A stretch of DNA of 64,000 nucleotides from NCBI GenBank assembly GCA_000002435.2, contig CM018789.1; one strand, written 5' to 3'. This stretch comes from Giardia intestinalis. Lineage: Eukaryota. How positions within the stretch are numbered: the stretch's first letter is position 1; each line of letters opens with the position of its first letter. The translations under genes and the position numbers were made by a program. Positions 48,749 through 59,131 of the stretch are shown here, in pieces. A model generated the notes under the pieces. That model saw only the letters and a program-made list of their open reading frames with translations. It searched no databases and was not told the origin of the DNA.

Positions 48749-50317
48749 TCAACTAAACCCCAAAGCAGATCTTAGAAACTCAAGCTGCGTGGCGCGCAAG
48801 CTGTCATTGATCGACCACGATGTGTACAGATCTGTGCAGTGCGACCCATTCGGTATGTACGATGTGGTCGAGCCATTATGGAGATGATGCCCTGTGGACC
48901 AGGTCTCCCCTTCACGATAACTGAGCTCGCTCCACGGGTCCACGTGACCATTCGTAATGTAGATGTTAGACATCTTGATGTTTCTGGCACCATAGTACAC
49001 GTTAGTGAACCGGACAGCCTTGTTGACGAGGTCATCGCTCTGGGAACGTGTGAAGCTAGGGGCACCCGGCGGTGTAGCGCCCGGGGCAAAGTACGCTTTG
49101 TAGCACATCTCGAGGAAGTAGTCTAGGGTGATCATGGTGCCAAAGCCCGCAGCAGGGCTCGACGTCTGATAATAACCAAACTCCACACACGTCTGCCACA
49201 GCCACGATCGATCTACTGCAAACTCTGAATCTATGCTGGTATCCTGTATGGCCTTAATATACCCATCGAATGAAAGGTCAATCTCTTCCATTGAACCCCC
49301 GTAGTAGTCTAGTAGCCATGAAGCATATGCTTTAAGGTCCTGGTAGCTCTCTCCAGTGTCGTAGCTATCATAGGATGCCTCAATAGCCTTGCACATCTGC
49401 TTGATATCACCATCCTTCGTGGTGTTGTAATACCCATCGTGCTTAGCGTACTGCACAACACCAGAGGGAGCGCCCATAGCAGACATGAAGCTGGCCTTAT
49501 CATACCCTGTGCTATTGTAAATGCTTTCCTCTTTGAGCTTAAAGATTGTAGCCAAGGTCGCCTTGTCGTGACTTAGCAGGTATTCCGCATCCTTGTGGGC
49601 GGCAGAAATGATGTCCATGCAGCGGTCCCCTCCATACTTCCGTACCTGAGAATCAATGTGCTGAAGGTATTCTGGATAGTCTGTCTGTGCCAGATATGGG
49701 CCGCTGGAAGAGATTGCAGCGTCAATAATGAACGGAAACTGAATGCGGGCCCACGCAGCCAGATTGCCCGAATAGGATCCGCCGACTGCCACAATCTTTG
49801 TACCCTCTGGAAGATTATACTCTCGCTTCAAATATGCAAGAAACGTAGCTATATCGGCCAGTGCTTGGTCTGAACGGAGGAGGCTCAGGTTAGCTGAATT
49901 CGTGCTTGGAAACGAAGCTCCGTAGAAGCGATGCTCAAGTGCAACCTTGAGGCCGTTCATGTTCTTTGCAAAGTAGTCAATGCTGAAGTAGTCTCCGACA
50001 TCTCTTGGAGTAGCCGGTCCCTCCCCGCCTATCATGAGAAAGACGGGCCCCCCTGCCTTGTAGTAGGTGTCATTGTAGTAGTACCTTTGCGACCACTTCT
50101 TGGTATTCGTAGAGTCAAAGTGATCCACGTGCTGTTCACGGAACCAGAGTTCCCCGGGGTAGTGTTGGACCCTCACTGGTTTTGGTGCCTTTAAAGGGAC
50201 AGGAGAGCCATCTGGAGACAGGTCGGTGTCCAGGCTGCGGGTGAAGATAGAGGAGACGCGGGAGAGGGGCTTCTTTGAAATGCTTCCGAGAAGGAAGATA
50301 AAGAGAAGCGAAATCAT
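48749..50317 (-). CDS. Serine carboxypeptidase, peptidase family S28 (PRCP/lysosomal Pro-X carboxypeptidase-like), with a signal peptide
   Basis: N-terminal signal MISLLFIFLLGSIS. S28 hallmarks are present: WSQRYYYNDTYY...GGPVFLMIGGEGP and the nucleophile motif GGSYSG. About 520 aa. Confidence 0.85.
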   Translation of the reverse strand: MISLLFIFLLGSISKKPLSRVSSIFTRSLDTDLSPDGSPVPLKAPKPVRVQHYPGELWFREQHVDHFDSTNTKKWSQRYYYNDTYYKAGGPVFLMIGGEGPATPRDVGDYFSIDYFAKNMNGLKVALEHRFYGASFPSTNSANLSLLRSDQALADIATFLAYLKREYNLPEGTKIVAVGGSYSGNLAAWARIQFPFIIDAAISSSGPYLAQTDYPEYLQHIDSQVRKYGGDRCMDIISAAHKDAEYLLSHDKATLATIFKLKEESIYNSTGYDKASFMSAMGAPSGVVQYAKHDGYYNTTKDGDIKQMCKAIEASYDSYDTGESYQDLKAYASWLLDYYGGSMEEIDLSFDGYIKAIQDTSIDSEFAVDRSWLWQTCVEFGYYQTSSPAAGFGTMITLDYFLEMCYKAYFAPGATPPGAPSFTRSQSDDLVNKAVRFTNVYYGARNIKMSNIYITNGHVDPWSELSYREGETWSTGHHLHNGSTTSYIPNGSHCTDLYTSWSINDSLRATQLEFLRSALGFS

Positions 50318-50383
50318 TTATCGCTGAATTTTATTTTTTGAAAGGAGAAGGAAGAAGAATTAAGCAGAAGACAGCAGATTTCC

Positions 50384-52855
50384 ATGTCTGGCCCAGGTCG
50401 CCGTGGTGTAAAGAACCGCTGCAATGCACTATTCATTAACATGGCTACCATTTGGAATACCTATGGGTTTGACGTAATGATGTATCATCTTCTATGTAAC
50501 GAAATTCTTGTCTACACCTTCTTTCTGATGAGCATCTACTCTGCTATCTATACCATCTATGGTATAATTGATTTCTCCTCCTCTCAGGCCCTTCTAACCT
50601 CAAACCTCTTCACGGTTATGCAAGGATATGGATATGATTGGATTTCCTTTGCCGTACAGATGTCTGCCATACTTGCTTTTGTTCTCTATACCAAGTTCCT
50701 GCTCATTTATAGACGCGACTTACTGAGAATCCAGGAATTGACACATCTAGACGTGAGTTTATATACACTTTTCCTTTACAACGTTAGGGCTAAGACGCGC
50801 GATGAAGACATAATTGCGCGCATCGACAAGGACTTAACATATCTAAAAGGTACATTTGCTGTTCCCAAAGAGGTACAGCGACCAGTAACCAAGGAGCAAG
50901 ACCCTAGGGGCGATAGAGGCGAAGCGTTCCATGTCTCAATGCATGAGAAGGTCATCAAGTGCGGGCAGAAGAGGTGGGGAAGAAAGGGTGATTGCGAAAG
51001 AGAGCATCACATAGATCACATCTTCTCATTGGAGAGGATTCGCGACTTAAATGTCTATCATGCTAAGAGACGTCTTGCAGAACTTGAGACGCAATACTAT
51101 AATCAGATTAAGGCAAATCCCCAGAAGCTTGTACCAAAGCGTGGTCGTGGAGCATCCTGCCTAAAGGCGCTTGGGATTATCAAGTGCATGCAAAAATATG
51201 GGCTTCTGCGGGATGCTATTTGGTATAATGAGGCTATTAAATGGGAGAAAATGAAAGTACAAAAGATGGAGGCCATGAGTTCAGAGACAAGCAAAGGAAT
51301 GGCTATTGTCATTTTCAAGTTGGCCTCAGCAAAAACGGCTTTCTACAATCATCGGCAGTCTTACTTGGGAGACAGATATGTCGCGGTTAAAGGAAACATC
51401 ATACGTGTCACCAAAGCACCATCACCCAGCGATGTGAATTGGGATAATGTGCACAGAGGGAGAGCTATTTTCCTTGTGATGTTCCTCTGTTGTCTTCTCC
51501 TTTCATTACTGCTTACATCCGTTGTTTATTTGATCACCGCAGTGATCAGAGCTTATCAGCGAATCATTGCGTCTCAGACAACCTCTGTCATTACGTCGCT
51601 CGCGCTAAGTGGAAGTATGTACCTTGTTATATTACTTTCCGATTATCTGGGGAGGGTCTTGATGACCAAGATCGTCCAACTAGAGCGCCATCACACAACC
51701 TCTGCGTATGAAACATCGTATCTGCTCCGTTACTTTATCTATATCTTTATCAATAGACTGACACCTCTATATTCCCGAACAATCTTGGAATATTTAACCA
51801 ATCTATTCACCAATCTATTCAAGCCATTGAACCTGAACAATTATTATTTTTTTAAAATAATAGACTTCACGAAAGATTGGCGGTGGGGAAAAGATACTCC
51901 GGGGCGCGACATATTAATGTATGTGATACTAGCAACTGTCCTTGATAACACACTTGATGTTATCCTGCACTATTTGCAACCCGCTGCATGGGGTGAATGC
52001 TGTCATAAACGTCACACAAGTAGCCCTGAACATCTCATAGAACGTGGTGATAGCGTTGTTGAGGAGAACACAGAAACAATAAGCTTGGTGACTACCAAGG
52101 CAAAGTACTACTGTGGCTGTCACTGTGAGTTCTGCAGAGTGCGGTCACATGACGAAGAAGCTTTGCGGCTAAAGCTAGAGTACAGCATGCTCTATTGCAG
52201 ACTGGCATCTATATTCACTTACAGTCTATCATTCGGATATACTCAGCCCGTAATACTCCCTATCGCATGTGTGTATTTTCTTTTGCAGAACATTGTGGGC
52301 AAATGCAAGCTCGTCTACTTGTCTAAACCGGGAAGGAAATTCTCAACCTCTCTGTCATCATATTTTTGTAACGTATTGCTGACCTTTAGCTATCTATTTG
52401 CAACAGCTACATTAGCTCAAGGGTATCTGTCCAGCGCGGTTGTGCCAGCTGGAATAGCTCTCTCTATTGGCTTCCCAATCGTCATTCTCTTCTCAGCTAT
52501 CTTCAATACTGCAACTATATGTGCTCTTATTAAAATCTGCCGCTGCAGAAGGAAAATTGAAAAGGAGACGTCCCTTCGCAAGAGCATCATAAGCCATAGT
52601 TATGGAATGCTCAGCAAAGAGATAGAAGAGGAAAGGCGGTTCAACAAGATGCCCATCTATGATCCTGACCTGCATGGAGAATATATATTTCAGCCAACAA
52701 CGGGCTATTCTGAAAAAGAATGTGCAAAGCTAAAGACTCTCTTATCTAGTGCAATCTCAGGAAAGGCAGATGACTCCAGCGCCACGCCTGAGGTAACAGA
52801 GGCGATGGCCGTATCGAAGTTAAGAGCCTCTCCTACATCGTCACAGATAGACTAG
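50384..52855 (+). CDS. OSCA/TMEM63/CSC1-like calcium-permeable mechano/osmosensitive cation channel (RSN1_TM, PHM7_cyt, RSN1_7TM architecture)
   Basis: N-terminal transmembrane helices come first. A cytosolic domain follows, with the OSCA signature AIVIFKLASAKTAFYNHRQ...APSPSDVNWDNV (compare AFVTFKSR...APEPRDVYWDNL). It is followed by a 7-TM pore region (LVMFLCCLLLSLLL..., GIALSIGFPIVILF). ATG at 50384. Confidence 0.8.
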   Translation: MSGPGRRGVKNRCNALFINMATIWNTYGFDVMMYHLLCNEILVYTFFLMSIYSAIYTIYGIIDFSSSQALLTSNLFTVMQGYGYDWISFAVQMSAILAFVLYTKFLLIYRRDLLRIQELTHLDVSLYTLFLYNVRAKTRDEDIIARIDKDLTYLKGTFAVPKEVQRPVTKEQDPRGDRGEAFHVSMHEKVIKCGQKRWGRKGDCEREHHIDHIFSLERIRDLNVYHAKRRLAELETQYYNQIKANPQKLVPKRGRGASCLKALGIIKCMQKYGLLRDAIWYNEAIKWEKMKVQKMEAMSSETSKGMAIVIFKLASAKTAFYNHRQSYLGDRYVAVKGNIIRVTKAPSPSDVNWDNVHRGRAIFLVMFLCCLLLSLLLTSVVYLITAVIRAYQRIIASQTTSVITSLALSGSMYLVILLSDYLGRVLMTKIVQLERHHTTSAYETSYLLRYFIYIFINRLTPLYSRTILEYLTNLFTNLFKPLNLNNYYFFKIIDFTKDWRWGKDTPGRDILMYVILATVLDNTLDVILHYLQPAAWGECCHKRHTSSPEHLIERGDSVVEENTETISLVTTKAKYYCGCHCEFCRVRSHDEEALRLKLEYSMLYCRLASIFTYSLSFGYTQPVILPIACVYFLLQNIVGKCKLVYLSKPGRKFSTSLSSYFCNVLLTFSYLFATATLAQGYLSSAVVPAGIALSIGFPIVILFSAIFNTATICALIKICRCRRKIEKETSLRKSIISHSYGMLSKEIEEERRFNKMPIYDPDLHGEYIFQPTTGYSEKECAKLKTLLSSAISGKADDSSATPEVTEAMAVSKLRASPTSSQID

Positions 52856-52948
52856 TGTACTCTGTCTAGTTACCCTTTCCCTGCGCCTATACAAAGTTAT
52901 GCTGTCTCTGAAGGGCGCCAGTAATCTCTTGTCTCAGAATGTTTCAAA

Positions 52949-53758
52949 ATGATTAAAATGAACTCGCAAGATGACCAGAGTGAAGAGCTCTTTATGCCAG
53001 AGGCGGAGTTCTCTGATGTTCAGCTTAACCTAGAGTTCGCTGACTCGTCAGAAGACTTTAAACCGGAGATTGAGACGCTAGCTGGTGCATTTTGGGCACA
53101 GACGCCACACAGTGAGCTTGCCTTTGAATTGGCCAAAATAGTTTCAGCCCAGCCTGAAATTGGTACAGTTGCTTGTGGCGACGACTCGGCTGTCCTAGGA
53201 TACCATAGTATAATTAACTTAGGACAGCACATGCATATCTCAGCCATAGAGGCCCTCTTTGACTTGCTATTAAATGCCTTAGAAGAATACAAAGACACGT
53301 TGCCGCCTGCTAAGCTTTTCTGGCAACGCCTTAAGGCTGGGACTGTTTGCCTAGGGTTTCTGACTACAGGCCGCTACACAAATTTGCCTATGAGTGCAAT
53401 TGCAGCCTTCTATCAGGTTGTCAAGGACGACATAGAGTGGGCCTCTAGTGCAAAATACAATAGCAGCACTCCGTCACATCTCTTTAAGTTCACTCACATC
53501 CTTTACATCACCAAGGCCGTGCTGAAGGATACTGAGCCTTCCATGAACCAAACAACTGGGTGCACAACTAATCCATTAAACCGCCTCAAGAAACGAAGCC
53601 TGGCTCGGCCAGAGGACACAACCATTATTGAATGTTCTCTATTTACTCTTCTTGTACCAGCTTCCTTGGGCTCATTTACCTGCTGGGTGATCTCTGTTCT
53701 AGATTTGGCCGGGTACCTTCGTGTCTCGAAAGCATTAGCTGATGAGGACTTCGATTGA
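52949..53758 (+). CDS. Hypothetical protein (269 aa)
   Basis: ATG at 52949 in AT-rich context (atgtttcaaaATGATTAAAATG). Open 0.8 kb. No recognised domain. Confidence 0.5.
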   Translation: MIKMNSQDDQSEELFMPEAEFSDVQLNLEFADSSEDFKPEIETLAGAFWAQTPHSELAFELAKIVSAQPEIGTVACGDDSAVLGYHSIINLGQHMHISAIEALFDLLLNALEEYKDTLPPAKLFWQRLKAGTVCLGFLTTGRYTNLPMSAIAAFYQVVKDDIEWASSAKYNSSTPSHLFKFTHILYITKAVLKDTEPSMNQTTGCTTNPLNRLKKRSLARPEDTTIIECSLFTLLVPASLGSFTCWVISVLDLAGYLRVSKALADEDFD

Positions 53759-53823
53759 GTCAATATAGGTGTTGCATACGTGCCATCCGCCGGAAGTTGT
53801 TTGCATAACAGGTGATTGTCATG

Positions 53824-56800
53824 TCAGCGTGGTCCCTTCAGTAGTTCCCGAATGCGGTTATCGTTAGCCCAGTACAGCGCGTTCTTCTTGTCTGGCTGGG
53901 TGATGTCCAGCTCCTCATCTAATAGTAAACGAACACATGCTTCATGCCCATTTGTTGCAGCAGCCATGAGCGCAGTGAAGCCTTCACCAAGCTCATAAGC
54001 TGCGGTAGTCGTCATTCTGACCTCCATATCCTTCAACAATTTGACACAGTCAGTGTACCCATTCCAAGCGGCAAACATGAGCGCCGTGCGGCCCTCCTTA
54101 TTCTGCATACGTCCCTCTACGGGAAGAAGCATGCGGCAGGCCTCCAAATTCCCCTTACTTGCGGCAAGCATTAACGAAGTTGTTCCATTGTTCCAGCCGC
54201 GGCCAGTCATCTGCATTTTCGCCTCATAAGGTATGAGCAAACGCATTATTCCGAGATACCCCCGTTCTGCAGCAATCATGAGACCCGTGCGGCCATTTCT
54301 ATCTGTGAGCTTAGCCTGCTTGGCCAGTAATGAATATACCTGAACAATGTCATTAAGTTCAGCCGCTTGCATGAGTTCTGTGCAACTCTTTCCGTCGTGC
54401 GGAAGAATATCATCTGTGCTGGGTGTCTCCCGACGAGCTAGTATTTCCGCTGTCTGTAAATTGCCAGCCTCCAAGGCGAAAGCCAGCGCTGTCTGCCCAT
54501 CTTTTGTCATTATTCCAGCTTCAGCGTTCAAAAGGCAATAAACTGCATCAGTGTAGTCGAGCTTTGCAGCTATCATTAGGGCTGTTTCCCCATTACTATT
54601 TTTCTTCCCAGCCTCCACAGGAGCAAGAAGTTTGACGAAGTCCAACTTTCGCCGAGTTACGGCTATCATAAGTGCCGTGTAAAGTGGATAGGGAGGAATG
54701 TCTCTAGTCTGCATGCCCGCCTCTCTATTTATTAAGCGCCGCGCAATATCAAGTCTATCATGTTCTACTGAATACATCAGTGCGGTCCTGCCGTTAATAT
54801 CCATCAATCCAGCTGAGAGATCTATCAGCAACAAGGCTGCATCGGTAAACCCAACTTGGATGGCATACATCAACGGCGAAATACCTTGTTGATCTTGCCT
54901 TCTTGAAAGGCTATCCATAGCTTGTTGCACAGCCGTGATATCCTTATTAGTTATGGCACGGAAAAGAACGTTGTCATCGTGCTGTCTTTGCATGGTTGTG
55001 CGTACAATATTTGTATTAATAGTTGGGGACACTGCTTCGGAGACAGTCACTGTTTCCACCATAGGGCTTATGGTAGTGTTGACGACGCTGACTCGCCGAT
55101 CTATAGGTTTGGGTACATTTGCCAGAGCCGTGGACGCTGAGGAGGGACGATAAATTACATCCTGCAAAAGACCATGTGAAGCATTTGCATTAGGCTCCAA
55201 GAGCGGCTGTTCCTTATGTGACTGGTGGGCATTAGGGGCATGGCCTCCCGGTAAGTAATCATCGTTTCCGGTATGTGCTTGCTGAATCGTAGCAAATCCA
55301 GGAGTGAACAGAGACGGGGTTGCTGTTGTCACAGAGTCCTCAATTGGTGCTGATGTTATGCTGCCGCGCCTATTCTCAATAGCGTGCTGCAACGCGGAGA
55401 GGATGTCGTCTTCGGAGATACGTGCTGGCGTTTCGTGCATCCGTCGAGGATCCAGTGAGCTCATTTCATGCATATCGGGGATACCTCGCAATGCAGAATT
55501 GGGGCCGGCTGCAGACGCAGAGCCTGGGCGTGATGATCCCTGCTGCTTGGCATGTCCAGAACTCTGAAAAGTGTATGTACCTGAACCTGCAGGATAAGAC
55601 TGTCCCGAAACAAGCCTTATGGCCTCTAACTCAGCGACCCGTTGCTTCAGTTCTGAGCATTCCCTGATGTACTTTTGAATATTTGCCTCTTTGTTTTGAC
55701 GTAGAGGCTGCAAAATACTGATGAAATCTTGCCGTAACTTGTCTTGGGCTATAGCCAGAGCAGAATCTATATCACGTAACTCAAACATGATGCTTTTGCT
55801 CAAAAGGGCAGACAATGCAACTGTGGATCCACCCATCACGGCATAATAAAGAGCCGTGTTACCTGCTGCATCCCTCTCTGTGCATAGTTTTTCCAGAAGT
55901 ATGTTTATGGATTGCACGCTTCCACTGTGTGCTGCAAGCATCAAAGCAGTGCAACCAGCCGGCCATGTGGAAAGTTGTGTTGTGGAGAAGTAGGCCTCAT
56001 AGTCTAATAGTAGCTTGACGATGAGATAGTGTCCAGAGATCACAGCATGCATGAGAGCTGTAAATCCATCAGATTGCTGAATCCCTGCTTCATGCTCTGC
56101 TAAGACAAAAGCTATGTCAATAAAGCCATTGCATGCAGCATGCATGAGTGCTGTCTTGTTATCTCTATCTCTTACCCTCGCCATTATACCTACATGAGCC
56201 TTTACATATGCGACATTATTTTGCTGGACGGCAGAGAACCAGGCATCGCCGAGATCTGTCTGGGTTCCAATAGAGTTACTGGCCATAATTTGAGATATAT
56301 TGAGCCTGCTACTAGAGAGACTCGGCGGAAGGGCATAGGCTGGGCCCTTTTGAGAGTCTTTGGCATCTGGAAATTCAAGGCCGTGCTGCTGCTTGAGCTG
56401 TGCCAGTTCAGTAGTCAGAGCTTCTATTATTCCTGCTTGAGAGGTGATTTCGAACTTCTGTAGCATGTAATCGTTTCGAAGCTTTTCAAGCTCTTTGTTA
56501 TCAGCATTCTCAGAAAAATTTAATTGCGATGATTCCATAATACAAACATTAGAGTACAGTTTAGATACAAAGTCTGTTACTTTCTCTTTTTTAGTTTCAG
56601 GTAAATCTAAAAGAATTTCATGAAACGTACAATCCATATCTTTGTCGGGAAAATGAAGTGTGCGGAGCGGTGTCTTAAGCTTTTCTGCAAGGCGGGAAGC
56701 TGGAGACATTCGTATGGATGTAATTGCATCTAGCGCCGACAGAATAGTCTTATCTTCATACACCTTGCTGCCATCTAGGTTCAGCATTGGAGAGGTAAGC

Positions 56801-58365
56801 CTGTTATGACTCAGCGGAGGGGTAGCAGCAATTTTACTTTTAACCAACGTGTGCCCTTCTAATGCAGTTATATATTTTTGAACATCCTTCCAACTTTCTA
56901 TTGCATCTAAAGGAGAAATACCGTTAGGCATATTCGATAAGTCTTCTGCAGTGGTTACCATGGCCAGCTTTCCTGGAGTGTTTGACGATTGATGATTAAT
57001 TAGGTTGACCATTGGTGCCATCGCACTAATAAGCTGCTTGGTGGTCTTGACTGCAGGACTATTAACGACCTCAAGCACGCTTTGATATGTCCGCGCAGAT
57101 GGCGGGGTATTCGTTCCATTTGCTACTGTTCCTATATGTGACAACGCTAAGCGCAGATTTCGCTCAATTTCGCTAAAGGAGCTAAAAGAACGGTCAGTCT
57201 GCACAACGGGAGCAGGAGCAGACGATGCACCGGCGAATGGCTGCATGTTCAATGTTGGCAGAGTCGACTCCGTATTGATAAATGTGTGCAAAGTAGAAGG
57301 GTTAGAAGACGTGATCCCCGTGGGGATATGCTGTGATAACGTGCTCACATCCGAAAGAGTGCTAAAATCGTAAGGCACATAAGGTTTGTACGTGGATGAT
57401 GTATTGGTGCTTATCTTTGGGGCTGTAAAGTTGGCTAACGGTGAAAGAGATCCATGAGTAGCTGTGGTAGAGTCGATCACGTTGGAGTCTGGTAACACAG
57501 AGAAGCCGTCAACTGACGTCTTTGTATCAGCCTGCTTCTGTTGCTGTGCACCAAAGTGGTAACTTCGTTGCATAGGTTGCTGAGTCTGTTTCCCGGGGGT
57601 GAGTGACTCTACTCCCATTGACTTCGATAGGGAGGGTCTTAAATTGTCAATGAATCCATCAGGACGAGGGATCTTAGACGTGACATTCATAGAGGACGCC
57701 TGTGAAGCGTCGCTATCTGCTGTAAGGATATTATTTGCCGAGGCTGCTGGCTTGAAGCCATCTTTGACATCTGTCTTGAGTGATTTAACATTTATTTGGG
57801 AACTTGCAAAGGAATGATGATGCTCAAGAGCCTCCTTCAACGCTGTCTCAATTGCACCAAGGTCCTTAGCCCGTGCTAAAGAAAGAGAGAGCTCAAGCAC
57901 CTCCTCTTGGAAGACCATTCTTTGTAGCAAGAGGCGAACACAAACAAGGCTCTCCGCTAGAACCGCATAGTCCAGAGCACAGAGATCGTGACTGTCCCGC
58001 CTGTACGACACATATTTTAGGAGCACAGAAAGAGACTCCACAGAGACCGATTTGGCGGCAATCATAAGGCAGTCTCGCCCTCGGTCACAATAGATATTGG
58101 CCTCGTACGGAGCTAAAAGTTCGCAAACGTCAGGGTAATCCCTCGAGGCAGCAATCATTAACGCTGTCCTGCCATCTCTTGTCATTCGCCCATGTTCGTG
58201 GGCAGCCAGGATGCGAACAATGCCTATTTTGTTCAAACGGGCAGCCAAAATAAGAGCTGTATCTCCAGCATCATTCACGGTGAGCTTATACTGTGGCAGA
58301 AGCTGTTGAATAAGGCTCGTGTCACCTGCCTCCACGGCACCAAACCAGTCTGCGCTTCCTGGCAT
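53824..58365 (-). CDS. Giant ankyrin-repeat protein (Giardia 'Protein 21.1'-like): N-terminal ankyrin repeats, Ser/Thr-rich low-complexity middle, coiled coil, C-terminal ankyrin array
   Basis: Numerous 33-aa ankyrin repeats with the diplomonad-typical pattern (G.TALM.AA..G...V..LL..EAG..). Coiled coil at ELEKLRNDYMLQKFEITSQAGIIEALTTELAQLKQQ. The track ORF reaches an ATG at 58398, which overlaps the upstream gene's stop (ATGA). An alternative ATG at 58365 (MPGSADWFG) follows atttcattaaaattctg. I annotated from 58365. Confidence 0.85.
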   Translation of the reverse strand: MPGSADWFGAVEAGDTSLIQQLLPQYKLTVNDAGDTALILAARLNKIGIVRILAAHEHGRMTRDGRTALMIAASRDYPDVCELLAPYEANIYCDRGRDCLMIAAKSVSVESLSVLLKYVSYRRDSHDLCALDYAVLAESLVCVRLLLQRMVFQEEVLELSLSLARAKDLGAIETALKEALEHHHSFASSQINVKSLKTDVKDGFKPAASANNILTADSDASQASSMNVTSKIPRPDGFIDNLRPSLSKSMGVESLTPGKQTQQPMQRSYHFGAQQQKQADTKTSVDGFSVLPDSNVIDSTTATHGSLSPLANFTAPKISTNTSSTYKPYVPYDFSTLSDVSTLSQHIPTGITSSNPSTLHTFINTESTLPTLNMQPFAGASSAPAPVVQTDRSFSSFSEIERNLRLALSHIGTVANGTNTPPSARTYQSVLEVVNSPAVKTTKQLISAMAPMVNLINHQSSNTPGKLAMVTTAEDLSNMPNGISPLDAIESWKDVQKYITALEGHTLVKSKIAATPPLSHNRLTSPMLNLDGSKVYEDKTILSALDAITSIRMSPASRLAEKLKTPLRTLHFPDKDMDCTFHEILLDLPETKKEKVTDFVSKLYSNVCIMESSQLNFSENADNKELEKLRNDYMLQKFEITSQAGIIEALTTELAQLKQQHGLEFPDAKDSQKGPAYALPPSLSSSRLNISQIMASNSIGTQTDLGDAWFSAVQQNNVAYVKAHVGIMARVRDRDNKTALMHAACNGFIDIAFVLAEHEAGIQQSDGFTALMHAVISGHYLIVKLLLDYEAYFSTTQLSTWPAGCTALMLAAHSGSVQSINILLEKLCTERDAAGNTALYYAVMGGSTVALSALLSKSIMFELRDIDSALAIAQDKLRQDFISILQPLRQNKEANIQKYIRECSELKQRVAELEAIRLVSGQSYPAGSGTYTFQSSGHAKQQGSSRPGSASAAGPNSALRGIPDMHEMSSLDPRRMHETPARISEDDILSALQHAIENRRGSITSAPIEDSVTTATPSLFTPGFATIQQAHTGNDDYLPGGHAPNAHQSHKEQPLLEPNANASHGLLQDVIYRPSSASTALANVPKPIDRRVSVVNTTISPMVETVTVSEAVSPTINTNIVRTTMQRQHDDNVLFRAITNKDITAVQQAMDSLSRRQDQQGISPLMYAIQVGFTDAALLLIDLSAGLMDINGRTALMYSVEHDRLDIARRLINREAGMQTRDIPPYPLYTALMIAVTRRKLDFVKLLAPVEAGKKNSNGETALMIAAKLDYTDAVYCLLNAEAGIMTKDGQTALAFALEAGNLQTAEILARRETPSTDDILPHDGKSCTELMQAAELNDIVQVYSLLAKQAKLTDRNGRTGLMIAAERGYLGIMRLLIPYEAKMQMTGRGWNNGTTSLMLAASKGNLEACRMLLPVEGRMQNKEGRTALMFAAWNGYTDCVKLLKDMEVRMTTTAAYELGEGFTALMAAATNGHEACVRLLLDEELDITQPDKKNALYWANDNRIRELLKGPR

Positions 58366-58394
58366 CAGAATTTTAATGAAATATTTACTTAACT

Positions 58395-59069
58395 TCATGT
58401 CCAGGAAAGCGCCTCTAGAACATCATTCTTCGACTCGCCCAACGTAACATCATGATTGTGCCCAGGGTAGATTCTGAAATCGTCAGACAGTTCTTTGTAA
58501 ATTCGTTTCACAGATGCTTTTAATTGCTTTGAAGATCCACCGGGGAAATCTGTTCGTCCGACGGAGTTAGCAAATATGGTATCACCCGTGAAAACGACCT
58601 TGGCCTTATTACAGTACAACAGAGAGGAGCCCGGCGTATGGCCTGGGGTGTGCATAATCCTGAAGATGTTATCGTTGCCTAGATCAAAGGTCGACTCCTC
58701 ACTGAATGTTTCATCCGGTTCAGCTGGAAAGTCAGCTGGAACGGACTCCCCAAAGAGAGGAGCAAACATTCTGTTTGCCTTCCAATGGGTAACATCATCT
58801 GCGTGGGAATATATCTTAGGGGAGCCAAATCTGTCACCCTCCTTTTTCAACTCATTCACCACATAACCAGTCCCAAAGACGTGATCGAAGTGCGTGTGAG
58901 TAAGGAGGATGAAGAGGACCTTGAGTTTTTGCTTCTTCACATAGTCTAAAACATCGGGACAGCTCGCACCAGGATCGACAATCAGTGCGTTGCAGCTTTT
59001 CGGATCAAACGCAACATAGCAGTTTGCTTGCAGGGGGCCCGTAGGGAATGTAGCAACGGTCAGAGACAT
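58395..59069 (-). CDS. Metallo-beta-lactamase-fold hydrolase (bacterial YcbL/GloB-like, about 224 aa)
   Basis: Motif THTHFDH (HxHxDH), then HTPGHTPGS and the GDTIF...GRTDFPGG block typical of small bacterial-type MBL hydrolases. The track start is GTG at 59072; the ATG is at 59069. Confidence 0.85.
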   Translation of the reverse strand: MSLTVATFPTGPLQANCYVAFDPKSCNALIVDPGASCPDVLDYVKKQKLKVLFILLTHTHFDHVFGTGYVVNELKKEGDRFGSPKIYSHADDVTHWKANRMFAPLFGESVPADFPAEPDETFSEESTFDLGNDNIFRIMHTPGHTPGSSLLYCNKAKVVFTGDTIFANSVGRTDFPGGSSKQLKASVKRIYKELSDDFRIYPGHNHDVTLGESKNDVLEALSWT

Positions 59070-59131
59070 CACAGGCTGTTTTTGACCTTAGTTTTCAAAA
59101 CTGCGCCAAGCTGAATTAAAACGGCGAAACA

